64,000 nucleotides of DNA from Octopus vulgaris (taxonomy: Eukaryota), in the NCBI GenBank assembly GCA_951406725.2, contig OX597814.1, forward strand, positions 12,772,001 through 12,836,000, written 5' to 3'. Positions 11,741 through 25,528 of the stretch are shown one piece after another; the stretch's first letter is position 1; each line of letters begins with the position of its first letter. Made by a program: the position numbers and the translations under genes. Below the pieces are notes generated by a model. It made no database searches. It worked only from the letters and a program-made list of their open reading frames with translations, and was not told where the DNA came from.

Positions 11741-12559
11741 CGTATTAAATTATTTTTGCATTAGTTATTTGGGAGTTGAAAAGTGCCTTGTTTCTTCTGA
11801 TATTAGTAGCGAAAGATTAATTGAAAGACGTAATATTTATCCACACTTAAACGTGGATGTCCCGTTAGAACAAGCTATACTGCGGTAAACACTATGAGAG
11901 AAACTCTTATACTGGGTTTTTGTAGAGATAAATATTATGTCTCAGTATTAAAACGACCTATGCCGTTTACATATCACTTAAAAGATATACACGCAAATAT
12001 TTGAAACGAGCCGATCCTTGGCAATAAACATCATCAATTAGAAATCGAATTTTGAAAATATTACATACTTACATACCTGCGTTGTTTTATCTCAAAATCA
12101 CTACCCAACGGACAGAATAGTTGAAGAGTCACTTGTGTCTGAACTGAAATTATGTATTCATATTGCTACTCAATAGTCTCAAGGAGAAGGCATTCACGTA
12201 ATGAATAAAGTGATTGCCTGAAAAATGATTTTTAATGACAACACCACTTCTATTAAATTAATGCTTGGTAGATTACAGATACCCGATTAAACATTAATGC
12301 CATACAATTTAATTCTTCCCGATTATCAAATACAAACATTTTATTTTGTAGAAATAAAGTTAAAATCTTTACACTTCTTAAATTACGCAAAACCTCACTT
12401 TTTGGTATTGTTAAATGGCAATGATTGCATTACATCAATTAAGAATTCTTTGTATTGAAACATACGGTATGTAATACAGTAAGAATTTTCTTGTCCATAC
12501 ATAGAACCATAAATGGTTAAATAAATGACATTTAGTAAAATTTAATCGTTAAAATGCTT

Positions 12560-13040
12560 ACCAGAAATTTCCAAATGTTTGACAAAATATCACAGGTTTT
12601 TGCTTAGACGCTTTTCTTACAATGGGACACTATTCAAATCTGTCACCAACATTAATGAGTGTGATGTACAAAGGAATATTTCCGGAAACGTGAAATCTAT
12701 CCATCCGGCTCCTATCCATGTATAAATGTTTGCAACCCCCAAAACACCACCTGTACTGCAACAAGTATCCAAGTATCTATAGTAACTGACTGATCATCGA
12801 ATTCCCAAAAACCTTATTTGGCAATCTTCTCAGAACCACATTGCCACCTATTGAATCCAAAGTGACTAGAGGCGGTGTAAAACGTTCGTTCAGCAGGATC
12901 GGAAAAGCTGGTTTGGCTGATGGCTGCTACATCTAAATTTAGTGACCCCAATTCGTATAGAATTTCCAGACACTTTGCCAGAAAACAGTTATTCAAAAAC
13001 AACGACGTTGTTCTAATTATGGTTGCCCCAACGTTTAAAC
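12560..13040 (-). mobile_element. Decayed L1/Tx1-type APE endonuclease fragment
   Basis: Minus translation ELGSLNLDVAAISQT (APE 'DIxxLQET' motif) followed by VANIYT..EIFLCTSHSLMLVTDLNSV (degenerate 'IYAP...GDFN'). Confidence 0.5.
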
Positions 13041-14296
13041 TTGTTTGACCTCATCATAAACTTACAGAAACAATGACTCACCATAAAATAAAATCGCATG
13101 ATAATCACGGAGTGAAATAAAAAGATTTACAAAATATTCTTTCATCATGAAAATTATCCATGAAAACCAATGTAAAACATTATAAATTATGTACAATATT
13201 CAAGATTAAAAAACATATTTTTATCACAGATAAATATCTTTATGGAAACTATTCGTGATTAAAAATCAAATCTGCATTTATCAAATAATGTATCAATAAT
13301 TATATATATTGATAAGATTCTAAACGCATTTTCTGTAATAAATGTCTATCATTGTTAATGATAAAGAAAGTGATATTTGATTCATTTTATGAATGGAAAC
13401 ACAAACTCTCACTTTTATCATCCCTCCAATTCGAAATTGCGGAATAGTCTTAGCAGTAGATTGAGTTTTCTATTTTGTTAAAAATATTAAGGGATTTCTT
13501 TTATTTATGCAAATGCCTAGTTGCGTGCTATGTAAATGTAAATAGCGTATAATAAATACACTACGAGCATTTAAAACTAGCTCATTTACGATATAACTGA
13601 AAAACGAGAAGACCATAAAACCCTACAAATGAAGACATGTTTTATATAATGTGCTAAAATCTAGAGAAATAGACAATGATACGGGTTGCGTTAATAGTAA
13701 AATTCAAATAAAGAAAAGGATAACTTTTTATATAAGACCGTTTATTTGACTGAAGTATATCTTTCTTAAGACATGTACTGATGACCAGTATGTGTATTAA
13801 GGTGAACCACAGTATCCAATGATATTAAATGTATTATGTTTATTTAACAGAATTATATGGTTAAATCTATATTCGCCCTTATCGGAACAGTGAAATGCAA
13901 CGAAAAATTTTCGGCAGCTGCTCTAATATTTATATTTTCAGGTGTAGCGTTTTCATTACCCTAGCAGTGTATGCCACTAAAGCTTTATATTTGAGCTACG
14001 CATTTGCCTTGAGATCTGCTTCTATTTGTATCAATGTTTATAACAAATTAAGTTTTATATTTATAATTTCTATTTCAACATAGAGCAGAGAAACCATTCC
14101 TTAAGGTACGTCATTGCTGCAATGTCTTCAAAATGAAATTATTTTTGGGTTGGTTTTATAGATGAGTAATCCCTTATCTGGAATATTTCATCTACTTGTC
14201 ATTTCGCGGCAATCTCGTGAGACATCGAAATTTTCTGCAAACTGTAGGAACTTTATATAAATCAAACTGTGCTCCAAATCCATTTCAGTACTACAT

Positions 14297-14341
<45 letters not shown>

Positions 14342-15714
14342 GTCAACTCATCTTAATGAAATGGTTTATAATTGTGAATGTACACAGTTGAATATAAAAA
14401 TTAAAAAAAACGACTTGCAAAATGATTTTCCGAGATATCCAACTAAAATGTGTACGCAAAAAGTGCTATTCAAGCTTTCTCTGTTTATATCGCCTTGCAG
14501 ACGTGTTAAATCTTCTTTCAACTTTTCGTAAAATTCTCCACAGACTGTTATTCAAAAGATGTATACACAAAGCATTACAAAGCATACAAAATGATTTTTT
14601 AAATGAAAGTTGACAAATCTCGGTGCATAGCAATCATTGCTGGTACGTTATGAAAAGCAACTGATATATTGTCTCCAATACTTCTCGAAAGACGTGAAAA
14701 TCGTTTTAAATATCGAGAAAGCCTTGAGATACTTCGCAAAGAGAAATTAATGAACAATGAATTTTTACCGAGAATACAGTATCCTACAAATATGTAAGAA
14801 TTTCCAATTATTGGCTCATCCAGGTGAATATTTGAGAGTACACTGGAAAATGGGTATACATCCTAATATTAAAAAAATAGGGTTAACGCTCGTTGACTCA
14901 TTTAACATATCGATAACACTGTAGAGATTATGAATCACAATTCATCACTTTCAATAACATAATAATTATAGAATTTTTGAGAGAACTCTATGCTCCTGCT
15001 CTGTTAACATATTAATAAGTTAGTGTGCTCTTAGGAACTCCTTATAAAAGGCAGCATTTTCACATATGATAAATATTAATGAGTCTGCTGCAACAAGGCT
15101 TACGATGGATAAAGAATAATAACAAAATGACAAGTTTATTAATTGAGAAAATGTACAGTAGCTTAACTAGATGACGAATTTGGTAAGGATGTTGAAAGTT
15201 CCAAAATACTTGATCATAAATGCTGTGTTTGTTATTGGTTTTGAATAAGCCATTGGGCAGTTGAACACCACAGCTGTCGATACTATGTAGCTTATCTTCC
15301 AAGCAGCTATGTATAAGTGTATACACATATCTATGTATGCGCATATATCTATGTTTGTGTGTATGTATATCAACGTAATTAGGTAGCTGTATATTCATGA
15401 GCAAAAATGTTTTAACTCTATATGTTCACACTCGGCTTGTTTTGTGCACGGATTTTGCAAAGTCATATAATATGATACACGAAATCCTTTTAGACCATTG
15501 AGAAACATGGGTATCTTTGTTTCTTAAATAATTGCTGTCTATTTCATCATTTATATAACATTTTCTGAGTGCATCCACATGTCTCAGATCTTTTCTAGAA
15601 TTTAATCAAGCACTATAGATGATGTTGCAGAAACTATATTATCAGCTACTGATTTAATTTGCGTAGCGACACTCCAGGTTTTATAGATATCATCCCCACC
15701 TGACAATCCCCTTC

Positions 15715-15807
<93 letters not shown>

Positions 15808-15820
15808 TATGTGTGTGTGT

Positions 15821-15866
<46 letters not shown>

Positions 15867-17087
15867 ATATTTTTTGAAAGGGACTGGGGTAGATTTTGTT
15901 ATTTTACTTGGTGGCTATATCAGCTCGATTGTGGGAATATAATAATGATATTGATAAAAGCATTTATTGAAAGATTTGTAAAGCTTACTTCTATAACTCG
16001 TAAAGACATATATTAAATGGCGCAGTCGAGATGCTAGTTTTGTGTTTATGGTTGTTTTCATAGGATGGGAGAAGGGAGAAGCGTACGCTCAAACACAAAA
16101 CCAGATCCGAATTCTTATGAGTGAACTCGTTTGAAGTAATGGAAGAAGTAAATATCATGGATTACATCTACCGTATAAGAGAAAACGGTTCCCTCGACAG
16201 GTATCAAGAGACAGCTGATGATTATCAGAATATATACTTCAAATTTCAAAAAGCTATGAGATACCAAACGTGTCCTGGAGTAGGCTTGAAAGTAAAACTT
16301 CATAGCTGTGAAATAAAATTGTCTATCACACAGATAAGAGGGTGTCATTTATGTTGTGTTCTATATTTTTTGACAATATGGTAATTCGGCAAAGTCATTC
16401 TTCATATTGGTTAAATTGTTAGAAAATAATTTGAAGACAGCCCAAAAGAATTTACATGTAAGGATGTTGTTACAACTACCATTTGAATCAATAATCTGCG
16501 AGTGCATCTTCCAAACGTTTCACTCCCAATAGAGATAGTAATATAAAACTATTGTTTTCTAAATATTTTATATTTTATCTCACAATAGAAAATGATTTCT
16601 TCTGAGGGAAGACAGGATGTGTTTGGTGCCGTTTATTATTTTTGTAATTTCGATATACAAAGATAGTCTAATATCCCGCAAAGAACGAGAAAAACACAAG
16701 AACAAAATATCGATTTGTTGTTGATTCCGTACTTGCATGATTTATAGATCAGGTGTTGCGCAATGCAATACCAAACTTCGTTATTTTCCACGATTTATAA
16801 ATACCCGCTGACAACCTAGGAATCCAGGATGAATACTTTTACTTTGTACAGGAATATGTCAATGGCAATCCGATACCGATATTATGATAAAATTCGTGCA
16901 TACAATATTTGACATTATTAGAAATAATATTCAACGGGATTGACGTGCACAATAGAAGTGTTTGGTACTGGTTTGATCCTCCCAAATTTTTCTATTTGCA
17001 AAAAGGACAGATTCGTTTCCCATCAATATTATCGATAATAATCTCGGAAAACCTGTTTTGTTGTATATTCAAACATTTCCGCGTGCA

Positions 17088-17473
17088 TCTGCTTTAAATA
17101 GTAAACGGCAGTTTGTCTGTGTGTGTTTCTGTGTGTCTGTTTGGTTGTACCCTCACTCTGACCACGGCTTTCAACCGATTCTGTTGATACTTGACACACA
17201 CATAGCCCAATGTCATAATTCAAAACTAACGCAGCGAAAATTTTGAAAAGTTCCCCCAGTTCTGAAAAAGATCGATAAATTCGACATGGGGTCAACAATC
17301 AAAAACACAAACCACAGATGGTCTAGGGGACGCAACTCGACCTTTTTAACTATCAAAAAAAATTTTACCATAATTTTTTTCCCATTTTTTCCTATTTTTT
17401 GGCTATAACTCTCTAAAAATGCTTTATAGTTATTTCCCTTACAAACCCGAGCAACGCCGGGCGATACTGCTAG
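17088..17473 (+). mobile_element. Non-autonomous Helitron
   Basis: 5' TC after A, 3' hairpin (cccgagcaacgccggg) then CTAG followed by T, no TSD. Near-identical copies at 23021 and 61169. Confidence 0.8.
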
Positions 17474-17525
17474 TATGCTTTAAATAGAAAAGAAAAATTC
17501 CAAAAGTAGCCCAAGAAATTGAATT

Positions 17526-17720
17526 TTGTTATTTGTTTTTACTTGTTTTAGTAATTTGACTATGGCCATACTACAGCACCGCATTCACGTGTTTCTATCA
17601 AACAATTCGATCCCAGGCCTCACTTTAAAGACTAGCACTTATTATATCGGTCTTTTTGCCGAACCGCTAGTTCGCGAGGACGTAAACACACCAGCATTCG
17701 TTGTCAAGCGATGAGGGAGA
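17526..17720 (-). mobile_element. Family-B SINE 3' fragment
   Basis: Similar to the corresponding part of the minus-strand copy at 36133-36563. Confidence 0.65.
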
Positions 17721-18043
17721 AACAAGCACAAAGACACTCACATACGCACGCACGCGCGTGCACGCACACGCACAGGCACAACACACATCTACACATACCT
17801 ACTCACACACATGCACATACATACACATATACATTTATATGTGTGTACAGGACGTCACCAATAACAAAAATAAAACACCACTGGAAAATAGGAAAACTAA
17901 AAGAAGTAGCACGTATTTTAGGACACAGCAACGTCCTAAGATGATAGAGGGCAGATATGAATAACAAATGGGAACCGGTATTAAGGAACGATAAAGAAAT
18001 ATTAGATTTATAAGCCTTAAAATTCACTACATACTTGCCCACG

Positions 18044-18099
18044 GGCATATGGCGTAGTGGTTAAGAGCGTGGGCTACTAACTCAAGATTCCGAGTAATA

Positions 18100-18130
<31 letters not shown>

Positions 18131-18250
18131 TAATAATGACAATAATAACAACAACAACAACAACAACATCGAAAAATACCTTAAGAATGAGAAATCAGGT
18201 TTGAAATTTCCCCAATACACCTGATGAAACGTTGTTTTAACAACAATGTA
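18044..18250 (+). mobile_element. tRNA-headed repeat with microsatellite linker and a collapsed hammerhead-like motif
   Basis: ggcatatggcgtagtggttaagagcgtgggctactaactcaagattccgagt (A-box and partial B-box), (AAT)/(AAC)n, then acacCTGATGAAACgttg. Confidence 0.5.
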
Positions 18251-18264
18251 AACAGTGATAACAA

Positions 18265-18750
18265 CAAAAAAATCAAACATCCTGTCAACATCATGGTGTT
18301 TGGAGTGATCACTAGTGATGGCGACGTTATTCTTCCTTTCCTCTTCCCACAAGGCTTCAGTCTCAACACGGAGATAGTTCTGCTGGAAGACCCTATGTGC
18401 ACCATACTACACAATCAGGAGAACCCAGACAATTTCTGCAACTACATTACCCCTAACATCTGGCCACCTAACCCCCCCCCCCCAGATTGCAACCCTCTTG
18501 ATTATTATGTGTGTGGCGAAGATGAACTGAATTGTAGCATTCAACAACTTAAACAAAGAGACTATCCAGAGGAGCTACAAAAGATTCCAAAGTCGTCTGG
18601 AGGCCGTGGTTGAAGGCAATGGCGATTTTATTGAATACATTTCCTCTTTAGTACTTCAAAATATTTTAATGGTACATATATCTGTTAAAATGAGATGTCA
18701 GCGCTATTTTCATTTTTGCGTAATTCTGACAATTTATCAAGCGCACCATA
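18265..18750 (+). mobile_element. Tc1/mariner (maT/DD37D-like) transposase remnant with internal deletions
   Basis: KHPVNIMVFGVITSDGDV and WPPN..PDCNPLDYYV motifs. A related copy is at 48850-49270. Confidence 0.75.
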
Positions 18751-18820
18751 TATATGTGTGTGTGTGTAAGTGTGTTTGCGTAGATAGAGACACACAAACA
18801 CACGTATATACACCTCTCTC

Positions 18821-18900
<80 letters not shown>

Positions 18901-19741
18901 TATATCTATCTAAATTTTATTTTTGTTTTTATGGTATGATAAAATAAGTTTTACAATAAACTGAAGAGTGCAAATTTATCTTTCTTTAACAAGAATAGCA
19001 ATAACAATGACTTCGAAGTTTCGGCCTGCCAAGCTGTCATGTGGAGTCAGAAAAAGAAAGTGATATTGAGAGGGTTGAGAGGGACTGAGGCTGTAAATTC
19101 TTTTCCTATAAAAATGTTCTACATTAGGAAACTCTTGGGCAAATCAAACATTGTGATGTTATGTATGGCATTTATGCTTCTTTAGTCCATAGCATGCATC
19201 AAGACAAGTGCTAATTCAAGCATACTGACATAAGAGATCCAACTCTCTGATTATATATACACAGGCCACAAATATGGTATATAATATTGAAGTTCATACG
19301 AGTCCCTGACCGGTTGACTAAGTTACGAAAATTTCTCATATAACAGAGGCAATCTATTCTAAAATTGTATTAGAATAAATTACAATATATACAGCATGAA
19401 ATGTTGTTTATCAACATCAAATAGAAATTGCTTCAAATATCATACACAATATGCAATTTTTAGTACAAATATAGAGGTTATAAACAGTTTGACCCAATCT
19501 GCCATAAACAGATTTATGAAAAACGGCATTGGTTGTCAGCATTGATATTTCATGTGGAATTCTTGGGAAAAAAGAATAACTCGGTGCTTTACATGTAAAT
19601 TACACTAATCATGAAATTTCCCACGCTTATGTTGATGAAAGTTTTACTCCTGATATTGAATATTTTGCCAATTAAAAAAAGTATTAGATCGTCAAGTATG
19701 AAATTTGTAGAAAAGAAAAAAAACGTTTACTAATGTTTTAT

Positions 19742-20880
19742 AAATACAAGGAATAATTTCATTCATCAAATTATGCACCCGTATTGTCAATACACTTTTA
19801 CCATTTCAGCGGTGGTTTTCCAGGATCTGTAGAAGCCTGGCAATATAGAGTCAATAAAATCTTGGAAGACCTGTTTTACAGCATCGTCGGAATTAAATCA
19901 TTTTTTCTATTAAAAAGTTATCCAAATTCTGGAAGAAGTGGTAGTCAGTGGGGGCAAGATCAGATATGGTGGAAGAGGGAGAACTTCCAACTCCAACTCC
20001 TGTAGTTTTACTAATGTCATTTTTGCAATGTGATGTCTAGCGTTGTCTTGCAATGAAATAGGAGTGGATCTGTTGACTAATCTAGACTGCTTTTTGTAAG
20101 CTTCTGCATCATTTGGTCCAGTCGTCATAACGGATCACACCTGCGCCAGACCACCAAGCACACATCGGCTTCTGTTGATGAATTTTGTTTTTCGGACTGT
20201 GATTCGATGGCTCGTCTTTGTCCAACCATTGTGCTGAACGTTTACAGCTGTTATGTAGGATTCATTTCGCATCACATGTTACAATGCAATTCAAAAATAA
20301 TTCATTTTTTGTGACGAGAAAGTAGCATAATGCAGGCTTCCAACCCCTGCTATTTCTGATTTTCATTGAGTTCATGTGAAACCCACTTATCCAACTTTTT
20401 CACTTTACCGATTTGAACTAGGTCCGCTAATATTGTTTGTTTGATAATACCAAACAACAACGATGATTCACGTGCACTTTGAGAAGGATCTGACTCGACG
20501 GTGGCTTCCAGTTCGTCATTATCCACCTTTGTTTCAGGTCGACCGTGTTGCTCATTTCTGAGGTCAAATTTACCAGAACGAAACTTTGCAAACCAATTTG
20601 ATACTGTCTGCTGTGTAATAGCATTAGAATGAAATATTCCATTAATATTCCGAGCTCTCTGTGATACTGTATTTCCAAGAAAGAATTCACAATTCAAAAC
20701 TGTACGGATTTCCGACTTATCCATCTCGAACCCAGCAAATGACGATTTATAAATTTATATAAAGCGCAAAATGAGGTAGAATTAAGAAATAAATGTGTCA
20801 GCTTTCTAACCAAAAACTAAAGTCAAAATATAATAATGGCGCAAAATGAGCAGCTGTCAAAGTTTACCTCATACCTTACT
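19742..20880 (-). mobile_element. Mariner transposon fossil
   Basis: N-terminal HTH (WFAKFRSGKFDL..GRP), WVSHEL (WVPHEL motif), LQDNARHH and degenerate PPYSPDLAP. Frameshifts and deletion. Boundaries approximate. Confidence 0.85.
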
Positions 20881-21192
20881 ACAAATGTTATACTTGACGA
20901 CGTAATATTTGTATCATAATTTGCTACTCAATGCAAAACGCAGTTATTTCATTCAAATGGTCAGGTCGAAAAATTTACCAAATTTAAGTGGATTATGAGA
21001 TTTAGGAACCGTATTGTTTCAAGCCAATTATAAAGATCGAATAAGTATACAGGAGACTATTAAATATTATATTAAATATAGCTTCTTTCAATGAAAAGAG
21101 TTCCCTTTTCATTGACATAAAAAAATTATACGACGAAGCCACAAAAACCGCACAATTTACATCGAAACTTCAGAGAAAAGGAACATGACATA

Positions 21193-21355
21193 GGCGTAGG
21201 AGTGACTGTGTGGTAAGTATCTTTCTTACCAATCACACGGTTCCGGGTTCAGTCCCACTGTGTGGCAACTTGGGCAAGTGTCTTCTACTATAGCCTCGGG
21301 CCGAACAAAGCCTTGTGAGTGGATTTGGTAGACGGAAATTGGAAGAAGCACGTCG

Positions 21356-21389
<34 letters not shown>

Positions 21390-21643
21390 TGTATGTATGT
21401 ATGTATGTATGCATGTGTGTGTCTGTCTTTGTTGTTTGTATGTCTGTGTTTGCCCTCCCAACATCGCTTGACAACCGATGGTGGTGTGCTTACGTCTCCG
21501 TAACGTAGCGGTTCGGCAAGAGACCGATGGAACAAGTACTAGGCTTACAAAGAATAAGTCCTGGAGTCTATTTGCTCGACTAAAGGAGGTGCTCCAGAAT
21601 AATCACAGTCAAATAACTGAAACAAGTAAAAGAGTAAGAGAGT
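21193..21643 (+). mobile_element. Family-B tRNA-derived SINE, full length
   Basis: ggcgtaggagtgactgtgtggtaag head, ggttcagtcc B-box, internal (TATG)n, tail (agtaaaag). 8-bp TSD atgacata at 21185-21192 and 21644-21651. Confidence 0.88.
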
Positions 21644-22167
21644 ATGACATAACTCTACAGGTCATGCAAATCTTATCGCGAAAAATTCACCAAATAAAAA
21701 CAAAGTGCATCGAAAAATCAGTTGGTATTAAACATTACCATCTTTTTAGCAATCTATAATGCACAAAGGCTACGAATATATTAAAATTACATTCGAAAGT
21801 GAGCTATCTTTCGTAATGAAAAAAAAAATTAATGTATCCCATTCATTACTGTCCATTAGTCTCTATCCACTTATCCTTTTCTATGTAAAATGCATCCAAA
21901 ACATATGAAAGGTCGGACTCGAATTATTTTATCATCCTGTCGAGATACTTAGTGTCAAAGATTACAATAAATTTTAATGACCACATGATAAATGTGAGTG
22001 CGGTGTCAAAATCACTTCTATATACTAGAAACTTTTGTTCAACAAGAAAATTAAGATAGATGTGTGAAACATGTGAAAGCGGCCATTGGACAGGCGATAC
22101 GAGAAAACCACATTTTATTACAGACATAGAAATCTGTATTTCAAGAATTAATATTTAACTGAAGAAC

Positions 22168-22380
22168 GTGGCGGAAAGCTGGTAGAATCGCCAAATCGCC
22201 GGGCAAAATATTTAACAGCATTTAGTTCGTCTTTATATTCCGAGATGAAATCGTGCCGAGGCTGGTTTTGTCTTTCATCTTCTTGAGGTCGATAAAATAA
22301 GTACCAGATAAACACCGGCGTCAATGTAATAAACTTACCTTACCCCGGAATTACTTGCTTTGCGTCGAAATATGACCTCA
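22168..22380 (+). mobile_element. Old family-A SINE
   Basis: Degenerate head and tctttcatctt..ggtcgataaaataagtaccag core. Confidence 0.7.
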
Positions 22381-22672
22381 ATATTTAACATACGAATAAG
22401 ATAAAACTTGTCAAAATTGTCAGAACACTGCTTAAATAAATACCAAAGTAAGCACATCAGTTATAGTTGCAGATTCTCAAATAAAATTTATTTGCAGTAT
22501 ATTGAGGCTGGGGTGTTAATCTGACATAATATACTGTACTGTTATAGCGTATAATGAAAATAATCCCCTTCAACATATAATCTCCCAAGGAGAATCATCT
22601 GTACATTGAAATACTCAAATAACTAGATAAAATCATATGGAAATGTATGCAGGGATATATATAGCATGCATA

Positions 22673-22905
22673 AAATGCGGCGAGCTGGCAGAAACGTTAG
22701 CACGCCGGGCGAAATGCGTAGCCGTATTTCGCCTGTCGTTACGTTGTGAGTTCAAATTTCGCCGAAGTCGACTTTGCCTTTCATCCTTTCGGGGTCGATA
22801 AATTAAGTACCAGTTACGCACCGGGGTCGCTGTAAACGACTTAATCCCTTTGTCTGTCCTTGTTTGTCCCCTCTATGTTTAGCCCCTTGTGGGCAATAAA
22901 GAAAT
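22673..22905 (+). mobile_element. Family-A SINE, full length with TSD
   Basis: 18-bp TSD atatatatagcatgcata at 22655-22672 and 22904-22921. Tail tagccccttgtgggcaataaagaaata. Confidence 0.92.
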
Positions 22906-23020
22906 ATATATAGCATGCATACACCGGAATGGATACCTAAATATTTCAATGGAAACAAGCACATTCCTTAACATTTTTACTATGGATATAGAAACTATAG
23001 CAGGTTGAATATATACTTTA

Positions 23021-23403
23021 CTAGCAGTATCGCCCGGCGTTGCTCAGGTTTGTAAGGAAAATAACTATAAAGCATTTTTAGAGAGTTATAGCCAAAAAAT
23101 AGCCAAAAAATGGAAAAAAAATGATGGTAAATTTTTTTGAGAGTTAAAAAAGGTGGAGTTGCGTCCCCTAGACGGTCTGTGGTTTGGGTTTCTGATTCTC
23201 GACCCCATGTCGAATTTATCGATTTTTTTCAGAACTGGGGGAACTTTTCAAAATTTTCGCTGCGTTAGTTTTGAATTATGACATTGGGCTATGTGTGTGT
23301 CAAGTTTCATCAGAATCGGTTGAAAGCCGTGGTCAGGGTGAGGGTACGAGAAAACAGACACACAGAAAACGCACAGACAAACTGCCGTTTATATAGAGAG
23401 AGA
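23021..23403 (-). mobile_element. Non-autonomous Helitron
   Basis: Reverse complement of 17088-17473. Termini are A|TC...CTAG|T. Confidence 0.82.
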
Positions 23404-24772
23404 TATGTAATCGAGTACTTTTTGCATAACTTAATTATTGAACACAACAGAATGAAAAAGCACTGTAGTTCGTGATGTTGCATAATGTTAGACTTTCAAA
23501 ACGTAGGAAAAAACATGGTTCACCTAAATCAAAGCTAAATTATTTCCCTGAAATCCTACTGTACATCATTCCACCAGAAAGCTGTATGCACCTTGATACT
23601 GGAAACATACGAATGCTATTCAAGTAATACAGAAATGAACAACGTTGTAACAACCTGAAACAATATTTATAACAACATTGTTCAACAAATTCAAAAATAA
23701 ACATACAAGATGTAAATAAATTAATGAAACAATAGTCAGTATAAATAGTGTATGGAGCACACATTAGATAAACTATAAAATCTTTTAAGTTAAAGCATTG
23801 AATAATTCCAAATCGGATGTTGAACTTTTTATCAATTATGATTATTCTCAGGAATATAACGGCATTATAATTCAGAGTGAGGCATTGGTTGAGGTCGAGA
23901 ATTTCTTGAAATTTTATAAATTTTAAATGAAATTATGAAAAGCTCGTCAACAACACACTAGAACGAACACAGTCTTGAACGCATGCTAAAAAATGTCATA
24001 TATATATATATAGATATATCGTGTGTATATATATTTGACACACACACACGCACAAACACACACACGCACACACACACGCACACACATTAATAGCCACATA
24101 TACACATGTCGAAACCTCACACACATGGACATACCCGTACACATCATAGACACAGTCACACAATGAAGACGCACAGATATTTTTGTATATACATCGCTCT
24201 TGATAGTACGGAGCGGCTAATTAGTCCTGCATTAAAATATGCAGTTACAAGATATTTATCAGATTTTATACGGGAGGCTATTAGTCTTCAAACACAGCTT
24301 TTGCACACTTTTATCAATAATTCATTTTCCATATTAATAAATATATCAAATGTGTCCTTATATATACATGAAAAAGTTAGGAAAAGAGATTTTAGCATAA
24401 TCTCCGTTTGCCGAGTCTCTATATGCCAGAAATACTTCGTTAACGCATCCATTTGAAGATGTACTCATCTGCTCTTCGGCAGATGGTATGCACGTGGGTG
24501 AGTTTGACAACACTGAAGATTAATTTCGCTCAGATTTCAAAACTTGCTTTAATCTACTAGGAATTGCTTTGCACGGATTTAATATTTGACCGATAAAATA
24601 TATTCAACAATATTGTTTAGTTGTAGATGAGTGCGTGTGTTAAGGAGTTTGTTTCCAAAGCACATGGTTCCGAGTGCAGTCCCACAGCGTAACACCTTGG
24701 GTATATGTCCTCTATAATAGCTCAATTGGATTTGGTAAGATACACCCGTCCTATACATACACGCACATATTT

Positions 24773-24821
<49 letters not shown>

Positions 24822-24907
24822 TGAGAGAGATACATATATACATACGTACACATATACATATATACATATATATATATATATATCTGTGTGTGTATATATA
24901 TATATAT

Positions 24908-24949
24908 ACTAGCATTAAAGATCCGTCGTTGCCGGGTCATAGTGCTAGT
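24908..24949. mobile_element. Tiny palindromic Helitron-end-like element
   Basis: actagca...gatccgtcgttgccgggtc...tgctagt: a hairpin with CTAG at both ends, in a TA-rich context. Confidence 0.4.
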
Positions 24950-25528
24950 GCATGTATATATGTGTATATATATGTGTACATATTACATGCACATCTATAT
25001 ATATACATCTTCAGATAAAATACAAAATACAAAGTGATATCTTGATATCGCTAGTGATAACAATACTCAAAATAAATAACAGACTGGAATTGTTAGCCCG
25101 TCTCTTGTAATTTCGATCAATTGTATCTTGTCCTCCCTCTTGTATAGAAGTGTGGCTACAATCCAGCCTACCTCAACTTCGGGGGGGGTCATTTAAATTT
25201 TTTATCCGGCACGTCCTACGTCCCAGATATAAAGGTAAAAATAAAATATTTCCACTTTGCAAGTTCGAGTCGAGTACTCCCTTGCGCGCACCGTTGACTC
25301 GAACCTTGCTTCTATTGAGGCAAATTTACTGCCTCTTTCATAGTAGCACCAAGACACTTTTCGAAGGTGCTTTCCTCCATGTTATTTCTTTATTACCCAC
25401 CAGGGGCTACGAAGAATGGCGGACATAACAAAACATGGGGGACATAGAACAATATGATTAAATTTATGAGCAAATGAAAATGAAAAATGATAATATGAAA
25501 GCGATGCTAACGGCCCCCTCCGCCAGCA

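Noticed and set aside
14690-14800. Possible exon RRENRFKYRESLEILRKEK followed by gtaag
   Set aside because: No clear acceptor. It resembles a decayed PLE endonuclease C-terminus, and the evidence is insufficient either way.
19005-19050. Possible hammerhead on the minus strand (GAAActtcgaagTC)
   Set aside because: A palindromic stem III is present, but there is no convincing CUGANGA core or stem I.
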